DNA from: a virus
Reading direction: 5' to 3' (one strand)
Virus record (IMG/VR): IMGVR_UViG_3300028581_003594
Location: 8,694-72,693 of that record
Length of the DNA stretch: 64,000 nucleotides
The notes under the pieces were generated by a model, which had not been told where the DNA came from, did not search any database, and was given only the letters and a program-made list of their open reading frames with translations. The position numbers and the translations under genes are program-made. Within the stretch, counting starts at the first letter, position 1. Each line of letters starts with the position of its first letter. This document shows, in pieces, positions 27,435 through 36,709 of this stretch.

Positions 27435-28773
27435 GGTACCACTCTCCTATCCTTGCAAATGTTTTGGCAAAATCCTTGCCTCTTCTCTCATCGTATTGTT
27501 TATAGAAATTTTTAAAGTCCGACCGCAGTCTTGGTAAATCAAATGCCTCTGAATGTGGAGTTTTGACCACGTCCAGATAGTCTATCAGTCGCTGCACATG
27601 GTCCACTTCCATCTGTTCGCAGTGCGTTATATTTGCATCCAACCATCGGGATAGGTCATCACGGAATTCCAGCCTCAGGTGATCCGGCAACACCAGCGGA
27701 GATTGGAAGCTGGGGAATCTCAATATGTTGAGAGTGAAATTGACATTGACCCCATACACCCTCTTGGCATCCAATTTGTTCCTTATGATCACATCTAGGA
27801 ATCGAGGCAATGATTCTAGGCAAAGGGCATTGACTGTACACATGTTGTGCAGTCCTGCAGGTCGTATTTGATCTATGACATTCACAAAGTTCACATACCA
27901 ATTGGCATAATCCATTCCATCTCTGCTGTAATCTGAATGGGCATACGTGGATTCATTGGAAGTATAGATATGCAAATTTTTTATTCGTTTACACTTGTCT
28001 ACAAATTTTTCAAATAATTCTGCCTTGGGCACTAGGTTGGAGTTGATGGCCAATCGCATGTTGGGGTTGATACGTTCTCCCTGTGTTTCGAACCAATCCA
28101 ACAATCTCCACAGGGAAGGTGACATCATGGGCTCTCCACCCGTGATCCTCAATTCATCTAGTGTCTTGTGTAGATCTGTTTCCCACCATCGAAAGAATGC
28201 TTCCACATAGGGATTTTCTTCTGTGTCTTTGTACAATTGTGCACCATCATGAGCATGAGTGAAATGATTCCTGCCATCTGATATTAAATCCTTATAAGGA
28301 CCATGCTGTTTTATGTCTCTCGCCCAGGTGGTGCTGAACGCAGGGTTACAATAGGAACAGGCAAAATTACATGTTCTATCAAAGGCAATCTCCAGGGTTT
28401 TTAGATTTACATCTTCTGTGATGGGAGTACTGAATGCTCTTTCTAGATCCGCGTCTGGATAGATTTTACTTTTGTAAACCCTGTCACTCACGGCATCTCT
28501 GCCCATGTCCTCAATCTTCCAGCAGTATTCGCAACCAGCGGGGCGTTCGCCCGCTATCATCTTGGCGCGGTCCTGTTTCTTCTGCGGGGTGTTGTGCAAC
28601 AATCTGGGATTATCTCTTAATTTTGCCACATCCACTTGGTGAGCGGGCGGATGATGGCAGCTGGTGGTCATTCCAGAGCCCAGCCATATGGTGGCGTTGT
28701 ACCACTTGGCTCCACAGAAGCTGGGAGATAGCGAATCTAATATTTGTTTACGATATTCAAGATCTTTATTCAT
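27424..28773 (-). CDS. radical SAM protein with N-terminal Cys/His domain
   Basis: CGAKW...SCHHP...CEYC; CNFACSYC; TGGEP. Confidence 0.88.
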   Translation of the reverse strand: MNKDLEYRKQILDSLSPSFCGAKWYNATIWLGSGMTTSCHHPPAHQVDVAKLRDNPRLLHNTPQKKQDRAKMIAGERPAGCEYCWKIEDMGRDAVSDRVYKSKIYPDADLERAFSTPITEDVNLKTLEIAFDRTCNFACSYCNPAFSTTWARDIKQHGPYKDLISDGRNHFTHAHDGAQLYKDTEENPYVEAFFRWWETDLHKTLDELRITGGEPMMSPSLWRLLDWFETQGERINPNMRLAINSNLVPKAELFEKFVDKCKRIKNLHIYTSNESTYAHSDYSRDGMDYANWYVNFVNVIDQIRPAGLHNMCTVNALCLESLPRFLDVIIRNKLDAKRVYGVNVNFTLNILRFPSFQSPLVLPDHLRLEFRDDLSRWLDANITHCEQMEVDHVQRLIDYLDVVKTPHSEAFDLPRLRSDFKNFYKQYDERRGKDFAKTFARIGEWYRGL

Positions 28774-29407
28774 TGTTTTTTATTGCTGCGTAGACTTTGT
28801 CAGCCCAAAGTTTATTTTGTTCGGCGCTCATGTGATTGATTATACCTTTGCCCCACGGCATTGTTGCCCCTCTGCCAGGCAAGAAATTTAATTCATGGTT
28901 CAATGATAGAGCATACATGCTCTCATCAATGAATATTCCGCTGCTCAATTTGATTCCAGCGTCTTTTTTTGCCTGTTCAAATGGACGGAAGCTCCAGGTT
29001 TGTACAATTGTTTTATTTTTTATTTTAGATAATACGTCGTGGTCAAACCATTTCAGGGCATATTCGTAGGCCAACTCATCTCTGTCGTAGCTGTGCAGGT
29101 GTATGAAGTACTGTTCCAGGGCATCGTATATCTTAGGATTCACTCCGGGAACGGGCTGGGTATTGGCCGACAGTATCAGATCTGGATGATACAACCTATA
29201 AGGCTCTGTATAGCACAGCACGCAGGTGTCAGGCAGCTTATTTTCCTGGTTCAATTTATTGAATTTAAAAAAGGTAGTCCATATGCTGCGGCCGGGCTCG
29301 CCCATGTGTACTATCTTGGCTCCCAATCTATCTGCCAACAATGTGCACCAGCTTTCTTTTTCCTTGCCTGCGCAGAAACTGTCTCCAAAAAATCCTATTG
29401 TCCTCAT
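28766..29407 (-). CDS. SGNH/GDSL-like protein
   Basis: FFGDSFCAG (block I), GEPGRS, and C-terminal INHMS; start at MRTIGF. Confidence 0.6.
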   Translation of the reverse strand: MRTIGFFGDSFCAGKEKESWCTLLADRLGAKIVHMGEPGRSIWTTFFKFNKLNQENKLPDTCVLCYTEPYRLYHPDLILSANTQPVPGVNPKIYDALEQYFIHLHSYDRDELAYEYALKWFDHDVLSKIKNKTIVQTWSFRPFEQAKKDAGIKLSSGIFIDESMYALSLNHELNFLPGRGATMPWGKGIINHMSAEQNKLWADKVYAAIKNNE

Positions 29408-30798
29408 AAGCTCTTGCACTCCTGCCAAAATTCCTGCATCTCAGGAAATGTTTGCTCAAAACTTGTGCCACGTCTGCGATCGTGTTCTGCAAAAAATGCG
29501 TAAAAATTCTTTTTCTGCGCACTGTCTTTTTCCTGGTGCTTGCGCCAGTAAGCAAGATTGCGCTGCATCTTCTGTATCTCAAAGTCTTTGAACAACGAGA
29601 AATCCAATCCAGTTCCAGTCACTTGTTTGGGACCAATCTGCTCATGGTGATCCATCATGTATTTGATGTTGTCCTCATGTATGCGCTGATATGATTCGGG
29701 CAGCAGGGTTATCTGTTGCCATGCGGGCTGGCGCAGCAGGGGAATATCGAACCACACTCGCTGATAGGTTTTTGAATGCTCCGATCTCAACAGGCGTATG
29801 TGTTTGAGTAATCTGTTCAGTGAGGTCACACTTAAATTATTGTAGGTGATGATAAAAGTGATGGAATTGCGCACGGGTATCCTGTGCAGGAACTCATTGA
29901 CATTGTCCATGAATTGATTGTAGTTCAGTCCGTTCCTGATGTACTCTGCCTGTGCGCCATGGGCATCCACAGACACGAACTGCATGAAATGCTCCACTTT
30001 CTCATCCAGGCATATCCTTTTGACCTGATCAAAATACTTGTTTTTCAATTTGATGTCCGGAGGACACATGTTTGATGTAACATTTAGGTGCAGGTCTTTC
30101 TTGGGATGATCTATGATGTAGTCAAACACTCGATAGGTGTTGACATCCATCATGGGCTCGCCACCGGTCATGCGGAAGTGTTTTAAATTCTTATACAATT
30201 CCGGCCACCAGCGCCAGAATGCTTCCACGTAGGGATTGTTTTCTCTGTTGGGTATGGGCATCCTCCTGCCCGTGAAATGCTCGGGTGCGTTGTGCTCTGG
30301 CGCAGTGGGATACGCTCCATATATGTCTATCTCCTTGCCCCATGCAGTGGAAAATTGTGGTGAGCAATAGCTGCATTTGAAATTACAGGCATTGTTGAAG
30401 TTTACTTCCACATAGCGAGGCACATGTGTCCTGTCCAACGGATTGTCTCTGATCTTCTCAAAGTCCATCATGGCCCATGGCTCGCCGGAACGATAGTGGC
30501 GATCACTCATCTCGCCCGTGTCCTCCATCTTCCAGCAATAGGAACAGCCCGCGGGTCTTTCGCCTGCCAGCATCTGTTGCCTCTGCTTGATCTTTTCTTC
30601 TGTGTTGTGCAGTGCTGCTGGATTGTCTGCCAGGCCTGCAGCATCTATTTCGTGCAATGGTGGATGATAGCAAGAGTTCGTCAGTCCTGTGGGCAGATGC
30701 AGAGACACCTGGTTCCATTTGGCCAGGCACATGGTGGGGCTTATTTGTTCTAATTCTCTCTTTGCCTCATCCGCTGATGTTTTATAAACGCTACTCAC
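29404..30798 (-). CDS. radical SAM protein with N-terminal Cys/His domain
   Basis: CLAKW...SCYHP...CSYC; CNFKCSYC; TGGEP; probable GTG start at 30798. Confidence 0.88.
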   Translation of the reverse strand: MSSVYKTSADEAKRELEQISPTMCLAKWNQVSLHLPTGLTNSCYHPPLHEIDAAGLADNPAALHNTEEKIKQRQQMLAGERPAGCSYCWKMEDTGEMSDRHYRSGEPWAMMDFEKIRDNPLDRTHVPRYVEVNFNNACNFKCSYCSPQFSTAWGKEIDIYGAYPTAPEHNAPEHFTGRRMPIPNRENNPYVEAFWRWWPELYKNLKHFRMTGGEPMMDVNTYRVFDYIIDHPKKDLHLNVTSNMCPPDIKLKNKYFDQVKRICLDEKVEHFMQFVSVDAHGAQAEYIRNGLNYNQFMDNVNEFLHRIPVRNSITFIITYNNLSVTSLNRLLKHIRLLRSEHSKTYQRVWFDIPLLRQPAWQQITLLPESYQRIHEDNIKYMMDHHEQIGPKQVTGTGLDFSLFKDFEIQKMQRNLAYWRKHQEKDSAQKKNFYAFFAEHDRRRGTSFEQTFPEMQEFWQECKSL

Positions 30799-31681
30799 GA
30801 TCCTGCACTCCTTTGTTCCTGTAAGGTTGTTGACAAAACTTATAAAATTGGCTCTGTGCTGCATCAAAATCTGCCACGGGCAATGCCAATCTCTGTCGCA
30901 GACTGTTGCCATGGGCCGACATATCAGATTCTATATCATACATCATGTGAGAAAATTTGTCGCTCATGAATTCTAAATCTCTGACCAGTGTGACATCGTA
31001 GTTTGTATCCAGCGTGGCCATATAACAGCCACATCGGGCACCCAGCATGGCCCATCGACCATTCTCCACGTCAGCACCCACGCTCATCCATGTGACTAGA
31101 TTTCTAAGATTGGGCTGGGGGATCGTCTGCATGAAAAGGCTAGGATCTACCTTCTGTCCATTATCGAGACTCATTTTAACACCTTCTCTCCATCCTGCTA
31201 TGAAAGCCTGTTCAGGAGTATGATTGATATGTGTCGTGGAGTATACATTGTGCAGATTCTCATGTGGCACCGTCCAACAGAAATCTATCTTGGCTCGTTC
31301 TTCCACAGCATTTTCATGAGTTTTCATTTCCAAGCAAATCTTGCGAGGCCATCCCACAATACCACCATTGCCATATATCAATCCATTAATAATGTTTCTT
31401 GCTCTCCAACGATGCACAGCAAGAGGATTGGTCTTGCTCCAATCCAGCGTCTGTAATAGGAAAGCGGGATCTATTCTATTGTCCCCATCGATGCTGATAA
31501 AGAAATCTGTTTCTGCTCGTTCGGCGGCGGCCTTGTGTGCGTTGTCAAACCCCTTGACTCCATGCACTCGTTTGGCCCAGGGCACTATGTTCAATAGGTC
31601 AGCGTAGTTCTCATCAGCGTTGGGCTCTCGATAGCTAATAAAAACAAAATCTAGATCGGTTACTCGGACGGTGTTTGCCAT
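30791..31681 (-). CDS. GT-A-like glycosyltransferase
   Basis: VFISYREP, VHGVKG..AHKAAA, SIDGDN (DxD) and LIYGNGG. Confidence 0.7.
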   Translation of the reverse strand: MANTVRVTDLDFVFISYREPNADENYADLLNIVPWAKRVHGVKGFDNAHKAAAERAETDFFISIDGDNRIDPAFLLQTLDWSKTNPLAVHRWRARNIINGLIYGNGGIVGWPRKICLEMKTHENAVEERAKIDFCWTVPHENLHNVYSTTHINHTPEQAFIAGWREGVKMSLDNGQKVDPSLFMQTIPQPNLRNLVTWMSVGADVENGRWAMLGARCGCYMATLDTNYDVTLVRDLEFMSDKFSHMMYDIESDMSAHGNSLRQRLALPVADFDAAQSQFYKFCQQPYRNKGVQDRE

Positions 31682-32001
31682 GCGTGTCCTCCTTCTCCCG
31701 TTCCAGTGGGCCAATATGGATCTCCATTAGAAAAATGCAAGCCATCAGACGATGCCAACAGCACACTGTATTTCCGCTTTATCTCCGCGGGGGGCTTACG
31801 GATGATCTTGCCCTGCTCGTAGTAAAAATTTTGATGTCCTTGGCCCAGCAGCATGAGGTATGTTTGCTTGTCTACGCTTGTTGTGTCCGTGCCCTGTTGG
31901 TTGGCCAGGCACAGTATCTCATTGCCTTTGGTCCTGATGTAGTATTTTGGATCAAATTTCTTGGGCTTGAAATTCTTCAGCGAATCAAAAAGTTCTTGCA
32001 T
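31660..32001 (-). CDS. hypothetical protein
   Basis: 113-aa ORF in a tight operon. Confidence 0.6.
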   Translation of the reverse strand: MQELFDSLKNFKPKKFDPKYYIRTKGNEILCLANQQGTDTTSVDKQTYLMLLGQGHQNFYYEQGKIIRKPPAEIKRKYSVLLASSDGLHFSNGDPYWPTGTGEGGHAWQTPSE

Positions 32002-32788
32002 CTAACACCTCCGGTATGTTCTTGTCATGGTAGTGCCACACGCTGGACATCCTTCTTCCCCCCAGGTACAACCTGTCCCGCAGCCTGACGGGATAGAGAT
32101 AGTTGTTGCAGTCCTCGGTGGGCGAGCCGTTGATGGCTGACTTGCCATGCACGAACTTGAACCATTTGTAATCTATTAAATTTTGCTGCGTGGGTTCCAT
32201 GATCCTGTGGGCCAGGGCATACACCACGTCCGTGGTCGGGAACTTGTCATGGCAGTTCACGAGCATTTTTTCTTTGACCTGCTGCCAGTTGCTCGCTATG
32301 GCATCGCACAGCATGAAAAATTTCTGTGCCATTTTGCTTTTCCTGAAATATGTCAGCCCGTTGTATATGTTTGGCAGGTGATTCCTTGTAAAAAGTTTCC
32401 TGTATGTGCCGTCCACGATCTCCTGGTCACGATAATTCAGGCAATTGACGGAAAACACCATGTCACGCTGGCACAGGTGCTCCCACCACCAGTCGGTGTT
32501 GGCTGTCCACAGCATGTCAGACTCCAGCTTGATAGTGTGTACATAGGGTGACAGCGAGAACACCTGATGTTCATTGGCAAATTTTTGTTCGTGCTCCTGG
32601 CTGTGATCTCTCCGCAGCAGCCGGACCACGTCCACGTGCTCGCTGCTGAACATGGAATGCTCGTCCACCAGCACGCATATGCTGTTGTGCCTGTTGTGTC
32701 GCTTGATGGACCTGGCAAGTTCAATGCTGCACCTCACGTAATCAGTGGTGCTGTTGTTCTGGCAAACCCAAATGAATCCCCTAGACAT
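31985..32788 (-). CDS. nucleotide-diphospho-sugar transferase (GT-A fold)
   Basis: RGFIW..N..DYV..S..LA.SI, SPY..TIKLESD, YF.KS and TDVVYA. Confidence 0.7.
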   Translation of the reverse strand: MSRGFIWVCQNNSTTDYVRCSIELARSIKRHNRHNSICVLVDEHSMFSSEHVDVVRLLRRDHSQEHEQKFANEHQVFSLSPYVHTIKLESDMLWTANTDWWWEHLCQRDMVFSVNCLNYRDQEIVDGTYRKLFTRNHLPNIYNGLTYFRKSKMAQKFFMLCDAIASNWQQVKEKMLVNCHDKFPTTDVVYALAHRIMEPTQQNLIDYKWFKFVHGKSAINGSPTEDCNNYLYPVRLRDRLYLGGRRMSSVWHYHDKNIPEVLDARTF

Positions 32789-33536
32789 TGACAAATCCTT
32801 TGTTGAGCACATGCACGTCCTGTCCCTGTATGCTGTTGATGCTGTTGAGATGCCGGTAGCACAGGCCATCACCGTCATGGCTGATCACATCGCAGTCCTG
32901 TGGCAACGTGGCGATGGAATCCGGGATCACGTCATATGCGCCGAAGCCGTTGATCTGATTCAGTGCCATGGCGAATGCATAATCGTTCCTGAAATTTTTG
33001 TAGTCTATCCTGTAGAGGTTGCAGTAGTGGTTGTAATTTTGCTTGATCATCTTGACCAGGTCAAATATCCTGCGCACACGATCAGTCTTCCTGAAGATCA
33101 ACACCGTGGCCCAGACCAGGGGCAGCATGGACTTGCGCTCATAGGTCAGTGCCTGCCTGTAGGACACATCATGTGCGCGGTCATGTATGAGGAAGTCATG
33201 CGCTGTGCCACTGAGCCGCAGCAATTTGTCGGAGAAGCAAAGATAGTCCACGTCCAGCACAATGGTGGTGGCGTACGGCGAGTGGTCAAATGCCTGGCAG
33301 CGCTCGAGGTTGTGCCATGGCAGCCCCAGCTTGGTGTTGTTGCACTCGTTGTCCACAGTGATGAAGTCAATTTCTGGCCTGTCGACCCAGCGCTGCAATG
33401 TGTGTGCGTTGGTGACCATGGTGATGGGCAGTTCCAGGTGCTGCTTGACCAATGCCACGCTGGCGTTGGCCACCCTGTGGTAGGGCACCTGTTCCGTGTC
33501 AAAGCAATACATCAGCACGCCCCGTGTCATGTTCAC
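32781..33536 (-). CDS. nucleotide-diphospho-sugar transferase (GT-A fold), paralog of its neighbour
   Basis: RGVLMY, SPYATTIVLDVDY (DxD), FRNDYAF and HVLNK. Confidence 0.72.
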   Translation of the reverse strand: MNMTRGVLMYCFDTEQVPYHRVANASVALVKQHLELPITMVTNAHTLQRWVDRPEIDFITVDNECNNTKLGLPWHNLERCQAFDHSPYATTIVLDVDYLCFSDKLLRLSGTAHDFLIHDRAHDVSYRQALTYERKSMLPLVWATVLIFRKTDRVRRIFDLVKMIKQNYNHYCNLYRIDYKNFRNDYAFAMALNQINGFGAYDVIPDSIATLPQDCDVISHDGDGLCYRHLNSINSIQGQDVHVLNKGFVNV

Positions 33537-33850
33537 TCCTTCAGTGTTCGCAGCGATTGATAGGCCTGGTGATAGGTGTTGAGGGCCGCCTGCTGGCGCT
33601 CCACCAGCGCGGCTATGAATTGCTTGGGATCCTTGATCTCCACGGGATTGGAATTGGCGTCCAGCATGAAGAAGCTGTCGCGATGCTCCATCAGCATGGT
33701 GGCCGTGGCTATGGTGAGAGGGTCCGCGCGGAATATGTGGTCATTGTACACCGTGACCATCTCGCTGTCAGCCCTGGACAGTAGATTCTTCTTGGCCACT
33801 GCCCTGTCAAAGCTGAGATCGCTGTGTCGCTTGAGTTCATTGATATCCAT
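33533..33850 (-). CDS. hypothetical protein heading the glycosylation operon
   Basis: 105-aa ORF starting 6 nt after a TATAAT box. Confidence 0.7.
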   Translation of the reverse strand: MDINELKRHSDLSFDRAVAKKNLLSRADSEMVTVYNDHIFRADPLTIATATMLMEHRDSFFMLDANSNPVEIKDPKQFIAALVERQQAALNTYHQAYQSLRTLKE

Positions 33851-33856
33851 ATGACA

Positions 33857-33885
33857 ATTATAGCTTAATTATCGTGGTAGATCAA
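33857..33885 (-). promoter_or_regulatory. sigma70-like promoter, probable leaderless mRNA for the minus-strand glycosylation operon
   Basis: TTGATC, 17 bp, TATAAT, 6 nt, ATG(33850). Confidence 0.7.
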
Positions 33886-33901
33886 CCTGGTAAAATATAT
33901 G

Positions 33902-34879
33902 TTATGTGGTTGTGTTGCTTACTTGTGCTGTGCTGGCCTCGTTGTACACAGTGGCAAGTCCCTCTGTGGTGTTGGGCCTCAACATGTACAGCGTGGTCAC
34001 CATCTGCGGCGTGTCCTTGATGGCCGATGCCACCGATGCTGTGTTGCCCGCGGTGTATTGCGTGTCCGCTGAGCCGTCCGTGGCCACCATCTTGATGGTC
34101 ATCGTGACCGCTGTGCCGGGTGATGCGTTCAGCTTGGCCGAGATCTCCACCGTGTTGCTGGTGTAGGTGCTGTTGTCCGAGGTCAGCTTGATGATGGTCT
34201 GGTAGCTGGTGGTCATGTCGTAGAATCCCACGGCCAGGCCGTTCGTGGTCAGTGTCTCCGTGGAGCCGGAACGTGTGCTTGACTGTGATCCTATGTCCAG
34301 GTTGCCGATGCCGGTGCCCAGGTCCACGTAGGAGTTGTCCTTGGCGCTGAGCGAAGAGGCAGTGGCGGAAACCACTATCCTGACCTTGCCGCCCTGGTTG
34401 AAATAAAATCTCATGTCGTTGGCTGATGCCCAGGTTATGCTGATCTCATGCGTGGCAGTGGAGTCCCAGCCCTCTGCGGCTGTGGTGACCGATCTCACCG
34501 ATGCCGAAGTGGTTATGGCGGTGGCCAACGTGGATCCGCCCTGCACGGCCGTGGCCAGTGCGTTGAGGTCCGTCAGCAGCGCGGCCTTGACAGCTATGAC
34601 GTCGCCCACTTCTCTGGAAACGGTGGATGTCAGTGCCGTGATGTTGGTGTGATTCTGTATGTTGTTCATGGCGGTCCACAATGAGTTCCATTGCGCCACC
34701 GTGATCTTCTCAGCGGTGTTGACCGTGTGCAGGGCCGTCTGCCCCAGGCCCAGGTTCAAAAGGCCAGTGCCCATGATGTGATTGATGCCGTAGGCAGCTA
34801 TGTCACCTGAGTTGGAGGTGTTCGTTAGAAATGCGTTGTATTCTGCTGGTAGTATCTTGTCCGACGCTGCGTAACCCAT
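33902..34879 (-). CDS. putative virion structural protein (Thr/Ser/Ala-rich)
   Basis: GLGQT..QWN.L and FYFNQGG motifs; located in the tail gene block. Confidence 0.65.
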   Translation of the reverse strand: MGYAASDKILPAEYNAFLTNTSNSGDIAAYGINHIMGTGLLNLGLGQTALHTVNTAEKITVAQWNSLWTAMNNIQNHTNITALTSTVSREVGDVIAVKAALLTDLNALATAVQGGSTLATAITTSASVRSVTTAAEGWDSTATHEISITWASANDMRFYFNQGGKVRIVVSATASSLSAKDNSYVDLGTGIGNLDIGSQSSTRSGSTETLTTNGLAVGFYDMTTSYQTIIKLTSDNSTYTSNTVEISAKLNASPGTAVTMTIKMVATDGSADTQYTAGNTASVASAIKDTPQMVTTLYMLRPNTTEGLATVYNEASTAQVSNTTT

Positions 34880-34880
34880 G

Positions 34881-36506
34881 CTATTTTGCTCCTATCGCAC
34901 ACTCTGTTAATTCTGTGTCTATATTATATTTATCTTGGATCAGTCGGCCCAGCACGTTAAATGCGGTGCATTCTGCCAGATCCGCCACGCGAGCCACGCC
35001 CGCTGTGCTGCTGCTCACTATCCTGTCGCCCGCTTGGCCCACGCCCTGCACCTTGACCCTGGCACGTCCCTTGAGAGCAATCATGGGATGACTGTCATTA
35101 TTACCAGCATCTTTGTTCATTAAGAAAGCTGGATTTTCAGAAACCACGCCAAACACCCTGTGATCCAATTGATTTTTGCATTTCGTGATCTCTTTTGATC
35201 CACCCAATATCACCACGTCGCCCACTTGCAGCGGCATGTCTGTGGCATAACGCTCTGCCAAATCCGCATACTGCGCCGCCGTTGATGTCGCATGCACTAT
35301 GTTGGCCCTGATGTCCACCAAGGTGGGAGCTGAAACGTCCATCTGCCCCTGTGCCTTGAATGCAGTCCATGCCCCGCCGGAGTTGCCGTATGTTGTCGTC
35401 AAGTCGTCCGCGAAGGTCTCGTCCCACACCCAGAAAAGATCCTGCTCCGTGGCGCTGGATGACTCTCCCCTGTTGACCTTGAGACCCGAATAGTTGGGCA
35501 TGGCCGCCGCGGTGGACAGGTTCCTGTTGACTTCGATTATGTTGTCCTCCACGGACAGCGTGGAGGTGTTGATCACTGTCTGCGTGCCGGTCACCGTGAG
35601 GTTCTGGACCACTAGGTCCTTTACCACTCCCTCGCCACCGTCTATGGTCATCACGGTCTTGTTGACTCCACCGTCATTGACCCTGAATATGATGTCACCA
35701 TTGATGGTGTTGTTCTGCACTATGACGTTCTCTCCCGACTCAATGCTTATGGTGAGATCCGCTCCCGAGCCCAGGCTAATTCCGCCGTCGTTGAATATGG
35801 TCAGTGTGCCGGTCATGCTGTCGTTGGCATCCGCCCTGACGAAGTTGTCCGCGGGCACCACGGTGGTGAGGTCCGCCAGCAGCAGGTTGGTGGCCTGCGT
35901 GGCCACTCCCGTGAACCTGGCCTGGCTGACCGCGGTGGACAGCGTGATGCCCTTGAATATCGTGGCGAACCCCGTGATCGCAACCAGCGGATTGAATTCC
36001 TCTGGGGACACTATGGCGGTTATCTGGTCATTGACTATGAATTTCAATATGCTCTTGAACACTCCCGCGCCGCTGAGCACTGTGTCCGGGATCACTGAGG
36101 TCTGTCCCGATCCCGCTACCGTGGTGGGTCCGATCAGCGTCCAGGCCGTGCCGTTGTAGACATGGAGCTGGAGGTTGTTGGTGTCGAACCACATGTCTCC
36201 GGTGTTGGCGTTGGTTGGCGTGGAGCTGCTGTTGGTTCCCGATCCCACTGGCTTGAATTTGTTGCCGTTCCAGACCTTGATCTGATTGGCCAGGGTGTCA
36301 TACCATAGCTGGCCCCGTATCTTGTTGGCGGGTGCCGTGGTGTTGGCGAAGTTTTCCAGCACCTTGACGAAGTTCTCGTTCAGGCGCTCGCCGAATCCAG
36401 CATAGCTCTTGCCGAACAGCGCAAGGTCCGTGGTGGCGATGTCCACCGTGCCGTCCTTCAGCACTACCAACTTTGTTCCGTCCGTTTTGTTTATGATATA
36501 GGACAT
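34881..36506 (-). CDS. tail fibre protein with C-terminal peptidase G2-like autoproteolytic chaperone domain
   Basis: N-terminus NKTDG..LFGKSY.GFGE..NENF..LENF; C-terminus AQYADLAERY...GVVSENP...IALKGR. Confidence 0.75.
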   Translation of the reverse strand: MSYIINKTDGTKLVVLKDGTVDIATTDLALFGKSYAGFGERLNENFVKVLENFANTTAPANKIRGQLWYDTLANQIKVWNGNKFKPVGSGTNSSSTPTNANTGDMWFDTNNLQLHVYNGTAWTLIGPTTVAGSGQTSVIPDTVLSGAGVFKSILKFIVNDQITAIVSPEEFNPLVAITGFATIFKGITLSTAVSQARFTGVATQATNLLLADLTTVVPADNFVRADANDSMTGTLTIFNDGGISLGSGADLTISIESGENVIVQNNTINGDIIFRVNDGGVNKTVMTIDGGEGVVKDLVVQNLTVTGTQTVINTSTLSVEDNIIEVNRNLSTAAAMPNYSGLKVNRGESSSATEQDLFWVWDETFADDLTTTYGNSGGAWTAFKAQGQMDVSAPTLVDIRANIVHATSTAAQYADLAERYATDMPLQVGDVVILGGSKEITKCKNQLDHRVFGVVSENPAFLMNKDAGNNDSHPMIALKGRARVKVQGVGQAGDRIVSSSTAGVARVADLAECTAFNVLGRLIQDKYNIDTELTECAIGAK

Positions 36507-36509
36507 TTT

Positions 36510-36689
36510 TTAATTGCTTTCGTTGTCCCTCACATGCACCAGGAAGCTCACGTCGCCCAGCAGCTTGATCAATATCGCTGCCAGCTCTGGCGTCAGGGCC
36601 TGATCTATTTTTACGAGGTCATTAGCAGTCAAACTGGACTGATAATTTGCATTGATGTAGTCAGCTACTTGTTGTTTTGTTATGGCCAT
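36510..36689 (-). CDS. small hypothetical protein (59 aa)
   Basis: AAGGAG SD before MAITKQQV. Confidence 0.65.
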   Translation of the reverse strand: MAITKQQVADYINANYQSSLTANDLVKIDQALTPELAAILIKLLGDVSFLVHVRDNESN

Positions 36690-36709
36690 TTTTTGTTTCT
36701 CCTTATTAA

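Noticed and set aside
23706-30798. RiPP cluster interpretation of the SPASM-like radical SAM array
   Set aside because: No convincing precursor peptide, RRE/PqqD domain, protease or exporter; the context is sugar enzymes.
16374-33850. True aminoglycoside antibiotic cluster
   Set aside because: No 2-deoxy-scyllo-inosose synthase, resistance or export genes in the window; the similarity is only at enzyme-class level.
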